A DNA stretch of 48,240 bases, filler included, from Circinaria calcarea (taxonomy: Eukaryota): the NCBI GenBank assembly GCA_051942165.1. It is 2 parts of 2 records of this genome, joined end to end, with 100 filler letters (N's around TTAATTAATTAA, not from the genome) between each part and the next. Parts side by side here need not be neighbours in the genome. Positions count along the whole stretch, not along the records: positions 24,243 to 48,240 come from JAVECS010000113.1; 1 more part is not named here. One strand, 5' to 3'. The position numbers were made by a program, and so were the translations under genes. Positions 37,124-48,240 of the stretch are shown here, in pieces. Below the pieces are notes generated by a model. It did no database searches. It was not told where the DNA came from and worked only from the letters and a program-made list of their open reading frames with translations. Within the stretch, counting starts at the first letter, position 1, and each line of letters opens with the position of its first letter.

Positions 37124-37791
37124 TAGGGGCGCCATAATTCGCTACAAGTTCGATGGGAGTCATAGGTAGGCCGCAGGCCTGTTGGACCGCCGAACTGTGG
37201 GCGCATATCAAATGACATTTATGAACTGGCGCAGTTGTAGATAACTAGACTAGCATGCACAGCGATATTTGCACTGGCACGGCGCTGTCAAGCTCACACC
37301 CGGTTTGGGGCATTTCCGCTGTAATTTTGGACTACCAGCCAATGAAGGCCCTCCCGAGCCAGTGTCTCCTGGATGATTAGCTCCGCATCAGTGATATAAG
37401 CGGCGATAATCGCTGCCTCTTCCTCACTGTGCATGCATTCTTCTATAGCCGCAGCTATTCACCGCTCCTTTAATGTGTGTGTCTTTTAGCGGACAAACAG
37501 CTCATACCAAGACAGGCACAAGTACGAGCATGGAGAGGAGGAATGGGAAGGAGGAGAGGGAGACAAGAGCAAGAAGCCCATACCTTTGGTCCGCGAGTCC
37601 CAAATAAGGTTACGTAATTGTGGCAGTCAAGAAAGTCTACTTGCCTTGTTAATTGTTGACGGACGGAAGTTAGTAGCAATTGCTTCTGATTGCATCTGAT
37701 TGCTTCTCGTTTTCTGCTCGAACAATCCTTCCTTCCTCAGCTCGTTGGGTATTGTGGAGAAATTCTTGACGGTCATCATCAGGACAGGAAG

Positions 37792-38587
37792 ATGCCGGCG
37801 CCTTCAAGACAACGTAAAATGGCCATTGTCGGCAGTCGAGCTGTGGGTGAGCACGAAACCAATCCTGCAGCCCGTCCGTTATCAGATTTTTGCCAGCAGT
37901 ACTGATTCGGCCTCGATTGCAGGTAAATCATCGCTGACGGTCCAGTTCGTCGACGGTCACTTCGTCGATAGTTACTACCCAACCATTGAGAATACCTTTA
38001 GTCGCATCATTGAATACAAGGGCCAGGACTTCGCGACCGAGATCGTGGATACGGCCGGGCAGGTAAGCGCCCATGGATCCGTATTTGTGCTCGGAATCCT
38101 CGAAGACGGCTTCCCGCAGAGATCTACTACTCTGACACCGTGCACGGCTTGCGCCTAGGATGAATACAGCATCATGAACTCGAAACATTTTATCGGCATT
38201 CACGGCTACATGCTGGTCTACTCTGTCTCGTCCAGATCATCCTTTGAGATGATGCGGACCATCCGGGACAAGATCCTCAACCACCTCGTACGTCCTTCCG
38301 GCGTCCAAACCTGCACAATGTCAAGGGCTGATTGAAGCATGAGGCAGGGTGCTGAATGGGTTCCAATGGCAATTGTCGGTAACAAGAGCGATCTCAAGTC
38401 TGAACAGCGACAAGTAGGCCCGGAGGAGGGCGAGAGACTGGCCGAGGAATTTAAATGCGCCTTCACCGAGGCTAGCGCCCGGCTAAACGACAACGTCACC
38501 AAAGCTTTTGAGCTTGTGATTGCAGAAGTCGAGAAATCGCAGAACCCCAGCGAGCCAGCCGGGGGAAACAAGTGCTGCGTGATGTGA
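37792..38587 (+). CDS. RHB1: Rheb small GTPase
   Basis: GSRAVGKSS P-loop with the Rheb-specific Arg, YYPTIENTF effector loop, DTAGQDE, NKSD, EASAR, CAAX box CCVM. Confidence 0.96.
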
Positions 38588-39162
38588 AATGCCGGATAAA
38601 AGCGTGCCAAGTCAAAGCATCAAGCCTGGGTTAGAGAGGCTGGGAGTTGATATGTGTTCACGCTGGGTTTGGGTATCGGAATTCATGTTTTGGGGAAAAG
38701 GCGCATTCTATAAACGGGTTCCTTCGTGGGGAATCGCCTAACTCATGCAATATAGATTTCTCGGAAGAGATTCATGAGGCTAGAACCAATAGAGGAACAA
38801 TACAGTTCCCGTACTATGTGCAAAGTGCACGACATGCTACTTGTGCCTCTGACTGTGAACGATCAGTGACGATAGGCTCCTTCGAATGGCTTGTGCGGAT
38901 CACAGCGGAACAGACATTTTCCGAAGTTTTGAGCCTACTGGTACATATGACTCCGCTGTCAGGATCGTCCCTGCTCCAGCCTCCAGCTGTAAGCTTAATG
39001 TTAGTTCCCGTTAGCGCTAAGCAGGCTGTCGATCATCTTTCTGAGGTCGCCAAAACATTCTTGGTGGAGTCATATCAAAGGCTACATTTGGGCTCCCAAT
39101 ACGAACATTTATTCCGTTACTGCATCAAGGATACTAGCCCTTGGAGGAAATTTATCTGCAAT

Positions 39163-40942
39163 ATGCTCGATGTCACAGACTTTGTGGTAGAAAAGGGTGG
39201 GGATCCTAACAAAATCCGAGAAAGCCAACGCCGACGCCATGCTCCGGAAGCCGTCGTCGATGATGTGATAGCGCTCTATGAGGATCATAAGAAAAGTATA
39301 ACGCTGACACACCCACTCCTTTTATGCTTGGTTGTACTCATAAGGCTGCAGCAAAGTATGCGGCCCAACAGCTAGGATCGCAGATAAACGCGATCAAGAA
39401 AGAGATAGGTTTGAGGAAAAAGGTTCGCGGATATTTAGCGGGGATTGAAGCCTATAGAGTTACTAATACTATTCGTCGCTCAGGCTAACGAGGACGCCAA
39501 TGAATTCATACAGAAAAAGTCAGGTTTGGAGAAGGAGAAGAAAGTTACGGAGGACTCTGCCATAGAAAAGGATACTCTGCTTCAGAGAAGGATCAAAACC
39601 ATTGGAAACTATGTTCACGACTCGGTTCCAGTCAGCAATAATGAGGTACATCATCTGCCTGTGTGCGATGGATCAATGCTAATAACGATGGCCACCTAGG
39701 ACAATAACTCCCTTATTCGTAAGTGGGCACCGCATGGCACTACGGTTGACAAGCGAGAATGTCTATCTCACCACGAGGTCCTGACCCGAATCGATGGATA
39801 TGACCCTGAGAGAGGAGTCAAAATTGTGGGTCATCGTGGATATTGCCTTACGGGCTATGGTCTCTTTCTCAACCTTGCTTTGGTGAACTACGGACTCGAG
39901 TTTTTATGGCGAAAAGGTTACAAACCAAATCAGCCCCCGCACTTTATGCTTCGAGACTACATGGCAAAGACTGCTCAACTTGAGCAATTTGATGAGGAGC
40001 TTTACAAGGTTACGGATGATGGTGAGAAGCAAACGGACAAGTACCTCATTGCAACCTCGGAACAGCCGTTATCTGCAATACATGACGGCGAGTGGCTACA
40101 AGACAAAGACTTACCAATCAAGTACGGGTTTTATAGTCTCATCAGGCTTCACGCATCACTAATCCGTTGTTAGATATGCAGGATTTAGTACTTGTTATCG
40201 GAAAGAAGCAGGAGCACATGGTAAAGATGCATGGGGTATTTTCCGGGTTCATCAATTTGAGAAGGTTCGTAGGGTCGGCAATACAAGCTCCCAGCGCATT
40301 GCGATACTGACGTCTTCTAACAGATTGAGCAATTCTTGCTTACGAAGCCGGACGATTCATGGCAGGCCTTTGACAATATGATTGGGATTTCGGAAGAGTT
40401 TTATCAGTCCCTCGGGTTGCCGTATCAAATTGTGGCGATTGTATCAGGGGCTCTTAATAATGCCGCAGCCAAGAAATACGATCTTGAAGCGTGGTTCCCG
40501 TTCCAGGGCGAGTATAAGGAGCTAGTCTCTTGCTCGAACTGCACCGACTACCAGTCCCGGGCTCTTGACATTCGATACGGACCTAAGTCCCTCACGGACA
40601 GCAAGAAAAACTACGTACATGCTTTGAATTCCACATTGTGCGCGACTGAGAGAGCTCTGTGCTGTGTGCTCGAGAATTACCAAACTGAAAAGGTGCGCCG
40701 GAGCCGTTCAACTGCATGCTTTGAGTTCTTTGACTAATTCCACTTGGCAGGGGGTTGTCGTACCTGAGGTGCTGCGCAAGTACATTCCAGGATCCCCCGA
40801 GCTCATTGAATACACTCGCGAGCTTCCGAAAGATTCCACCTCACAAAAAGCCAAGGGCAATGCACCGAGGGCCGCGCCTAACGTTCCGCCGGCGCCCCCA
40901 GCTGCCGGCACGGCGGAGAAGATGGCCGATCTCAAAGTTTGA
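39163..40942 (+). CDS. SES1: Cytosolic seryl-tRNA synthetase
   Basis: [92 protein letters not shown]. Confidence 0.97.
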
Positions 40943-41836
40943 AAGGCGTGATCCGTTTATGTCTCCGTGGATCATACATAGCAGCTGCAGCTGTTGCATA
41001 TCTTGACGTGTAGAGGGCAATCTCAAGCCTCGTCGTACCGGCTCTCGGTCTGGTTATGAGATATGCAGTACGTGGTTGCTCTAGCTAGCAGGAGAGTGTC
41101 TTTACGAAGAACAGTCCTAGCGTATGTAGATCAATCACCCTCATGGGGGAGGGTGTATTGATGGTAGAAGTACCGAGGTGACATATTATGATGCAGGTCG
41201 AGGAGAGGCGGTCGTAAGGCTCGTTATGCAGGCTGCGCAATCATCCTGGCTACTGGATGAGTCAGTATAAGGCTGTTGTGCATGATGGTACGGTCTACGT
41301 TGCTGTTGTCGTAGTTTTGATTCTTACACTGTGTCATACGGTTCGGAAGGCTTTTACAGATCCTCTATCGTCGTCAACTATGATCCCTAGTTGGATGGCA
41401 ACCACCCGTCAGTCTCAGCCTTAGCCTCAGGGACTCCGCCCACCCCACCAGCGAGTTAGCCTGGATCAGAACTCCGGGATAAGGTACGTAGTTGCAGACT
41501 ACAGGCTTACGATAATGCTTCGTACGTGAGAGTTTTCAGTTCGTTCAAGGGTGCTGTCGGACAACAGGCACGCGAGTCCTCTTCCCCTTTCACAAGCTTG
41601 CCTTATTTGGCTGCTGTGTATTCATCGAGTCATGATGACCGTTGGGTTCCCGGTGACGAATCATTAACATTGTCGCACCTGCAACTTTATCGAACCTCCA
41701 ACACCATGCCCGACATAGGTACCCCCCTACCGCCCACAGCCTGCACCTCCAAGAGCTTGGCAACTGTAATAAACTATCCACGTCAGCCTGGTACCCTACT
41801 GGACATTCCCGTTCCGGATTTGCCAGCAGTCACACC

Positions 41837-43641
41837 ATGGATGAGGGTAAAGACTGGCCGACGTGCCCATTTTGTCCTTTTTCGGTTTCCACCGACTATG
41901 GCGACGACATGTACTTCCTCACGCAGCATGTTGAGCTTTGTCATCCTGAAAACGGGAAGTCGCCCTTCATTGCTGTAATGCCCGGTGGTGAACAGGAAGC
42001 GCGTGCAGATGGCCAAGACTCGGGACCACGGATGTGTGTGAGATCGGGGAGGGAAAGTGCGCTTTCCACAGATACAACTTCCGAAGATGACAGCGACGAT
42101 GAGGGAGATTACGTCGAGTGTCCAACCTTATGCGGGGAGGCTGTCAACCTCGCTGAACTTTCAAGCCATATGGAGCTGCACGGTGCCGAAGGCATGGCCC
42201 TTGAAGAGACCCAAGAGAATGCAGCGTTTGAGGCAAAAACCCGTCCAGACTCTGGCAGGGCACAGGAGCAAGCGGCGTTGCACCTGGACGGACTACATGA
42301 TTCGACTAATCGATCAAGCCCGGCACGCAAAAAGAAGCCTCATTCCCATCACAAGAGGCACAAAGACCATTACGGGCTGAAGGACTGGAAGGAACTGCTC
42401 CTCGGGCCGGGCCCAAAGAAATCTCGTCCGACAAATGCCAAAGCAAAGCATGCTGCCGCTCGCAGACTAGGCGTACGTTTGAGTGCAGTAAAAGCAATTT
42501 CTCTTGTCGTCGACCTTGCTTATTTGAAGAACTAGAAATCGGAACTCGGGCCCTATGCCTATGAGGAGCAAATGCCGCTGTGGCTACTCAAGCAATTGGA
42601 ACGTGGGGCCAAAGTCAGCTTGGTTAACCAAATTGGCCCGTCCGGACGAGTTGCGCGTGTCGAGCACGTAGCAAACGAAATCGCTGGCATCGTGCCTGTT
42701 CTCGCCCACCTGTGCGAGCAAGATCCCGCTCTATCCAAAGTGTTCCTGTGCCATCCCGGTGTGAAACATGTCGTGAAGATGTCTCGGGAGGGTGGTTTCT
42801 GCGGCTATCGAAACATTCAAATGATGATCTCTTTCATCCAGGCTACGAAGGCGTCTGGATCGGAGTACTTTTCTGGGAGAATCCCATCGATTTTACTTTT
42901 GCAAGACCTGATCGAGGAAGCTTGGGACAAGGGAATCAATAGCGCCGGAAGAATCGAGACAGGGGGTATCAAGGGAACTAGAAAGTATATCGGCACACCT
43001 GAAGTAAGTTGTTGCGGTTGGTTGAGGTAGCGTTGTGTTAACATCGTAAAGGCGCAAGCACTGCTGGTCAGCTTGGGGATTGGGTAGACTTTTCCAAATC
43101 CCAGCCTAAAGCACAACGAATGACTGATTGCAAGCGCAGATGCGAGGCTAACGCATTCAATGCTGTTGGAAACACTCCTGTCTACCGAGACGTCCTCGAA
43201 GCTATTGCCGAGTACTTTCTCGCAGGTGTCACGGACCCTGCGCAGAAAGTTTACAAAACGTCCCTTCCGCCGATCTATTTCCAGCATCCTGGTTAGCCAA
43301 TCCTTTACTCGACTCTTTGTGGGTAACTAATAAGAATCCTTCGCTAGGACACTCCTTGACGATCGTCGGCTTAGAGATCCGGAGGAGTGGCAATATGAGT
43401 CTCCTTGTGCTAGATCCGATGTTCAAAACGTCACCAGCTATGATTCGATTCATCGGGTCGACGTCTCGGACTTCAACGCCGGAGAAGCCGCTGAAGGCCT
43501 ACCGGAGAGGAGGGGACTACTTGCAAAAGTACAGCAGTTTCGAGATCCTCAAGTATGTCCAGTCAACCTCTACGCACCGGGTAAACTGACCTTTGCAGAC
43601 TGACACCGCATCTGCCGCGTGGGGCCGGTTGGGCAACCTGA
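41837..43641 (+). CDS. ZUFSP/Mug105-like peptidase C78 (deubiquitinase-like) with N-terminal zinc fingers
   Basis: CPFC..HVELCH and CPTLC..HMELH zinc fingers; GGFCGYRNIQM (catalytic Cys), GTRKYIGTPE, IYFQHPGHSLTIVG, LLVLDP. Confidence 0.88.
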
Positions 43642-44578
43642 TTGCCAATCCTCGTTTGTGTTTGCCTACTACGAGGTTCATTGATTAGCATAGCCACGGG
43701 GACAAATCCCTAGAGGGGACATGGACGGAGTTTGATCCCTTGAAAACGGAGCGCCCGGAGCTGCATTGGTGTTTATGATGAAGTAATTACTGAAATGCAT
43801 AGCTTGCATGCCTCGATATCCCACAGGAAAAGAGTTTTCATGAAGCCCAAAGGACGTAGTGTGATTACAAGGCGGCTTCGGGGACCGTCTTCCGGGGCTG
43901 CATGCCAGTAGAGTCGACAGGTATTATAGCGCAGACTGATGAGACCCGCGTTTGTCATGTTTGGGAAGCATGACCGAGCACCAAGCCGCGAGTTGACGAG
44001 ACCCTCTGGGTGGGGGAGCTAGCTCGATGAGGCTTCCATGTCCGGATTCGGCCACGATCATGCCGGATTCTGGTTCTGCCTGAATCCCGATACGACTTGC
44101 CCTCCTACTCTTTCTAGACGGGGTGCGTGGCTTGAAACCGACCAAGTTGTCAACGTCGGTCGAATGTGCTTCTGCGTAACATCAACAGGCTGTCCAAACC
44201 TACAATACAGCTGCCGACAGTGAGCCGGCAAACTTTCTTTGATGGACCCCTACCTTGCATCGTGGGATAATAGTGGCGGGCGGACTCCATCAGTCTGTGG
44301 TCATTCTTCTCCCCACTCGGTTTGATCCATAGCGATGAAACTCATGACCCATTCCTCAGCTTGGAAGAGGGACAACTTGCACGGTTTTCTGGCCTCTCGA
44401 CCCGTTGCCATGCAGTTTGCCGAAGAGTAGCCGAGGGATGCCGCACTCTCGTGGCTGCACGTTGTCGCTTGTGGGCCAGCCCTATAATGCCCCATTTCCA
44501 TCCGTTACGGAATCCCGGCACGGAGTCACTCTATTCTCGGCACTCTCTCTCTACATGCCGATTAGACGATAGCTTACA

Positions 44579-45170
44579 ATGGCCAGAACTCAGCCTACCA
44601 TCATTGTGACCGGGACACCAGGCGTCGGGAAGACTTCCCACTGCGAACTTCTCGCCCAACGCACCGGCTTCATACACCTGCCTATCAATCAGGTCGTGAA
44701 AGAACGCAGCTGCCATGACGGTTGGGACGAAGTACTCCAATGCTGGATTGTCGACGACGACAAGGTATACTGTAGATCCTGTAAATCACCATCTACTGCT
44801 AAGGCTCCGTGGGTTACTACAGCTCCTGGACGCCATTGAAGACGAAGTGAAACAAGGCGGATGCATCATCGACTGGCATGCATGCGACCTCTTCCCCCAA
44901 AGCTGGATCGACCTGGTCGTCGTCCTCCGCACCGATTCAACCCATCTGTACGACCGGTTAAAGGCAAGAGGCTATGTCGAGGCGAAGCTGCAGGAAAACC
45001 TCGACTCCGAGATCATGGAGGTCCTGCTGTCGGAAGCCCGCGAGTCCTACGATGCGGAAATCGTGGTGGAGCTGCAGAGTGGGGAAGCGGACGACATTGA
45101 GGAAAATGTGGAGCGGATTGAGAGCTGGATCGGCAATTGGAAGCAACACAAAAGCCAGACTTCTGAATGA
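44579..45170 (+). CDS. FAP7: Adenylate kinase 6 / Fap7 (40S maturation)
   Basis: TGTPGVGKT Walker A, IIDWHACDLFP, LYDRLKARGY..KLQENLDSEIM; one intron at ~44765-44822. Confidence 0.95.
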
Positions 45171-45180
45171 TCACGGCCAA

Positions 45181-46025
45181 TCAAGCCAGGCATTCGGCCT
45201 CGGAAGTTAGTGGATGAGACTCGAGCCACTGCTTGAGTTTTTCCAATGCCTTGAAGCGATGAGAGATTTGGTTCTTCTCCTCCTGATCCATCTCAGCGTA
45301 GGTCTGGCCTTGGACCTCAAAGATAGGATCCCAACCTATACGTATGTCAGTGCACAGCCTAAGGTGCTAGCGGCAACTCTGGATGGATGATGCTTTTTAC
45401 AAACGTACCAAAGTCTGTCGGTCCTCGAGCAGGCACTATCTTGCCCTAACACGCATAGCACACATCGGTTAGTCAGCCGAAGGAGTTGGCTGGTGGTAGA
45501 CGCGGGAGGACACACCGTCGTTCTTCCCTGGAAGACAATCGGTTCGTGGCCGGGGCCTTCGGAATAGGCAAAGGTGCAGATAGCCTGAGCCGATTTATCG
45601 TCGTAGGCGAGCAAAAGGCTGTTCAGGCCGTCATGACCAAGTGCCTCCATGAACCATTTTCTGTTGTCCATGCATCGTCAGCCAGATGTGAGCCACGCGT
45701 ACCCGATCGGGTCACAATAGTCATCGTACATGTATGGGCCCGGTAGTTCCCTCAGCGCGTGGAAGCAGAGACATGTATCCTCCACCAGGACTGCTCCATT
45801 TACCTTCCCCCCGGTCAGCCTTTGCGCCTCGGAGGACGCCCACCGTCAACTTACCGCAACGGCCGCTCGCTGACATTTGTCGACGGATATCTCTTCAATT
45901 GTCCCCTGGATTTCGACGAGGTCGAGAGATCGACTCGTTAAGCGGACGCTTCCCCCTAAGATCGCCTTCACCTCGGCCAATTTGTTCGGGTTGCCGGTAA
46001 TGAAATGAAGGTCTCTGGGCGGCAT
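45181..46025 (-). CDS. HAM1: Inosine triphosphate pyrophosphatase (Ham1/ITPA)
   Basis: [53 protein letters not shown]. Confidence 0.95.
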
Positions 46026-46708
46026 GTTGGCTGCGGATAAAGCTCCGAACCGGTGGTGAAGCAACTTATCTACTTGACATGGCAATTTCGTGATCATATT
46101 AGCTTTGGTTCCACATTCCGGATCCTCGGAACTCCCGGTTGTGGCTTGTCTATATTTGTAAATCACGATCACGGAGATTCCTCTTCATCTAATAATTGAT
46201 GCTTTTGCTGCAATAAACTGAGGCTGACAAATGATCAAATCCTGAAGTAAACATGTTTTCCTGAGTAGGAAGTCCGTAAGGTAGGCTCTATGCTATGCTC
46301 GTGCCCCCCACGCGCACCAAGATATGAATCGAAGGAACTAAAGGAACTAAGACTGGGGAGGAGAAATAGTCTATGGTGAACCCTAGAAGCAGTATTTCGG
46401 ATTTGGGATGGTGACGAGCTTTTAGCTTTCATACGAGATTTCCTAATGTGCCACATCCATTTCCAGTAGATCAGTAGCTCTCCACGCTCGTTAATAGATC
46501 TCAAGCTATGTACCGCTTTAGTTACCATACGGCACTAGGATTAATAGAATCAGCTACGAAGGCTTGAGGGGGATTTTAAGTGTCCGTCCTACACTATAAC
46601 ACGGCTTAACCAACATGCTGGACGTCTTCCAATAAGCCATTCTACCGGTTGATGTTGTCTTCGGATGTCGTGCCGTGGAGGTCTGTCGTGGGCATGCCGG
46701 GGCGTATA

Positions 46709-48196
46709 CTATGCAGACTGGTAAGACGTATTCGCTTGGTCTTTCCAGAATAGTTCCAATACCGTGTCAAGCCCCTCCGATACTCCTTTATGGAAGTAGA
46801 GCTGTTTCACCCCGCCTCCAGAAGATGCGGAATCCAGCAGAGTATACTGAACCTTTTCTTCATCCAATGCAAGTCTTTCTCTGGCAGGTCCTAGGGAGTG
46901 TATGACGTTCATCTCTCTGTGCCAAGTCTCTTCCATCCGGCTCATATCAAGGGAGTGAGCATGGTCGCTCTTCAAGTGCCCCTTTGGATATGCCGCAATG
47001 GAGAATCCATTGGCCAAAACCATGTCCCCTGCGAACTGCCATCTTTGCAAAAAGCATTCGCCGCACACGTCCGCCACTTGGTGCATCAAATCCATTGGAT
47101 ACCCTTCCCCAGAAGCACCCCCTTGTTTCCAGTGATGCAGTGATAGATGTAGCCGACCGCTTTCATAGAATCCGGACAGGTCGCCGTACATGTCGGCTTG
47201 ATGCAGATCAACCACATGCGTAAGCTTTGTGTTTGTAAATGTGTATATACAGTCCATCACTGTTATATCACCTGCACTTGTACGTGGATTATTCTTGCAC
47301 TCCTCTGCATGAGGCTCCAGCGCTTCAGCAAGGCGGACAGAGAGGAACAAGCCTGCACCACCGAAACCCATATAACCATAATGGGAGACCGCCCACCAAT
47401 CCTCAGACAACGAGCCAATGTAATATGGATCATTCGAATCATGCTTGCTGAGCATGGAGAGGAGAGCCGGCATGGATGGGAAGAAAGTATCATCATCTAT
47501 TAAACTTACCCATTGCGTTTCCGGACCACGTTTATTGTACAGGAGACTAATCAGGGAGAAGTACCGTTGCGGAAAGTTATCCCCTACTTTGGCCGGAAGC
47601 AGAGTCGCATTCAATCCAAGATGACGCATTCGGGCCTCTAGGGCAAGGACCTGATCCATGTTCGCCGCAACATCCTCGGACTCGACTAGAATCACGAAGA
47701 GCCTTGCCCCAGTGTGCGGAAGCCATCGCATGAGCTGGGGAACGGATTCGTCCAGCCGTTTGACTGTCGTCTGAATGCCAAACATCAGATTGGATGCATT
47801 GACGGGACCGCGCGCAAAGGCCGGGACATTGAGGAGTATGGGTTCGAGGCATTGTACGGCTCCTTCGCTATGTGCTGTGCTCGACCCGATGGTCTTGAAG
47901 TCACCGAATAGGGGAGAATCAAGCTTGGTGAGAGAGGCACGGCTTGATCCAGGCGCGATCTGAGTATGTAATTCCCGGCATGCATATTTGATGGGGTAAG
48001 TAAAGTTATGACTGCTCAGCCAATCTGACCCGATGAAGGCGCTGCTGTTGGTCCGGCCGATACTCAGGGGCCGACCTATCTCTGGTAGCCACGCGGTATG
48101 CGATGTACCATCATACTGATAGAGGTGAGTGGTGTATAGTATGGTTATGGTGGATACGAGCAGGATGGCAGAAAGGAAGGCGGCGCGTTGCTGCAT
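46709..48196 (-). CDS. Glycosyltransferase family 31 (Fringe-like/DUF604) type II membrane protein
   Basis: Intronless 495-aa ORF with an N-terminal TM anchor, WVSLIDDDTFF, YIGSLSED, GFGGAGLFLS, LHQADMYGD, LSLHHWK. Confidence 0.88.
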   Translation of the reverse strand: MQQRAAFLSAILLVSTITILYTTHLYQYDGTSHTAWLPEIGRPLSIGRTNSSAFIGSDWLSSHNFTYPIKYACRELHTQIAPGSSRASLTKLDSPLFGDFKTIGSSTAHSEGAVQCLEPILLNVPAFARGPVNASNLMFGIQTTVKRLDESVPQLMRWLPHTGARLFVILVESEDVAANMDQVLALEARMRHLGLNATLLPAKVGDNFPQRYFSLISLLYNKRGPETQWVSLIDDDTFFPSMPALLSMLSKHDSNDPYYIGSLSEDWWAVSHYGYMGFGGAGLFLSVRLAEALEPHAEECKNNPRTSAGDITVMDCIYTFTNTKLTHVVDLHQADMYGDLSGFYESGRLHLSLHHWKQGGASGEGYPMDLMHQVADVCGECFLQRWQFAGDMVLANGFSIAAYPKGHLKSDHAHSLDMSRMEETWHREMNVIHSLGPARERLALDEEKVQYTLLDSASSGGGVKQLYFHKGVSEGLDTVLELFWKDQANTSYQSA

Positions 48197-48240
48197 ACTC
48201 GCCTGCTTCCGGCCGAAGCTATTATGGATGGAAGCGCATT

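Noticed and set aside
1..48240. CRISPR arrays, rRNA/tRNA genes, secondary-metabolite cluster (KAS as PKS)
   Set aside because: No repeat-spacer array or RNA gene was recognised. The ketosynthase is a standalone mitochondrial type II enzyme without PKS domains or tailoring genes.

Overview
Intron-rich, gene-dense DNA from a filamentous ascomycete (Pezizomycotina); the species cannot be assigned from sequence alone. A 100-bp artificial spacer (44 N + TTAATTAATTAA + 44 N, 24143-24242) splits the window, so linkage between the two halves is not guaranteed. Most of the window is conserved housekeeping genes: NiCoT nickel transporter, DRS2 flippase, CRIPT, mitochondrial mL46 and KAS/CEM1, ABHD11-like hydrolase, RPS1, URC1/urg1-like cyclohydrolase, ELF1, UPRTase, WAPL, Rheb, SerRS, ZUFSP/Mug105-like peptidase, FAP7/AK6, HAM1 and a GT31 glycosyltransferase. 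The notable part is a ~10 kb accessory island (13.2-23.0 kb) with four genes: a HeLo-like-N/DUF6590/SH3 fusion, a non-canonical CorA-like membrane protein, a 3-exon 64-aa microprotein that the ORF track does not show correctly, and a divergently transcribed Ser/Thr kinase-vWA protein. I propose this as a candidate fungal nonself-recognition/defence signalling module, which is inference. Two small repeat/transposon remnants are also visible. Exon structures were inferred by eye from GT..AG sites, branch points and protein-motif continuity.
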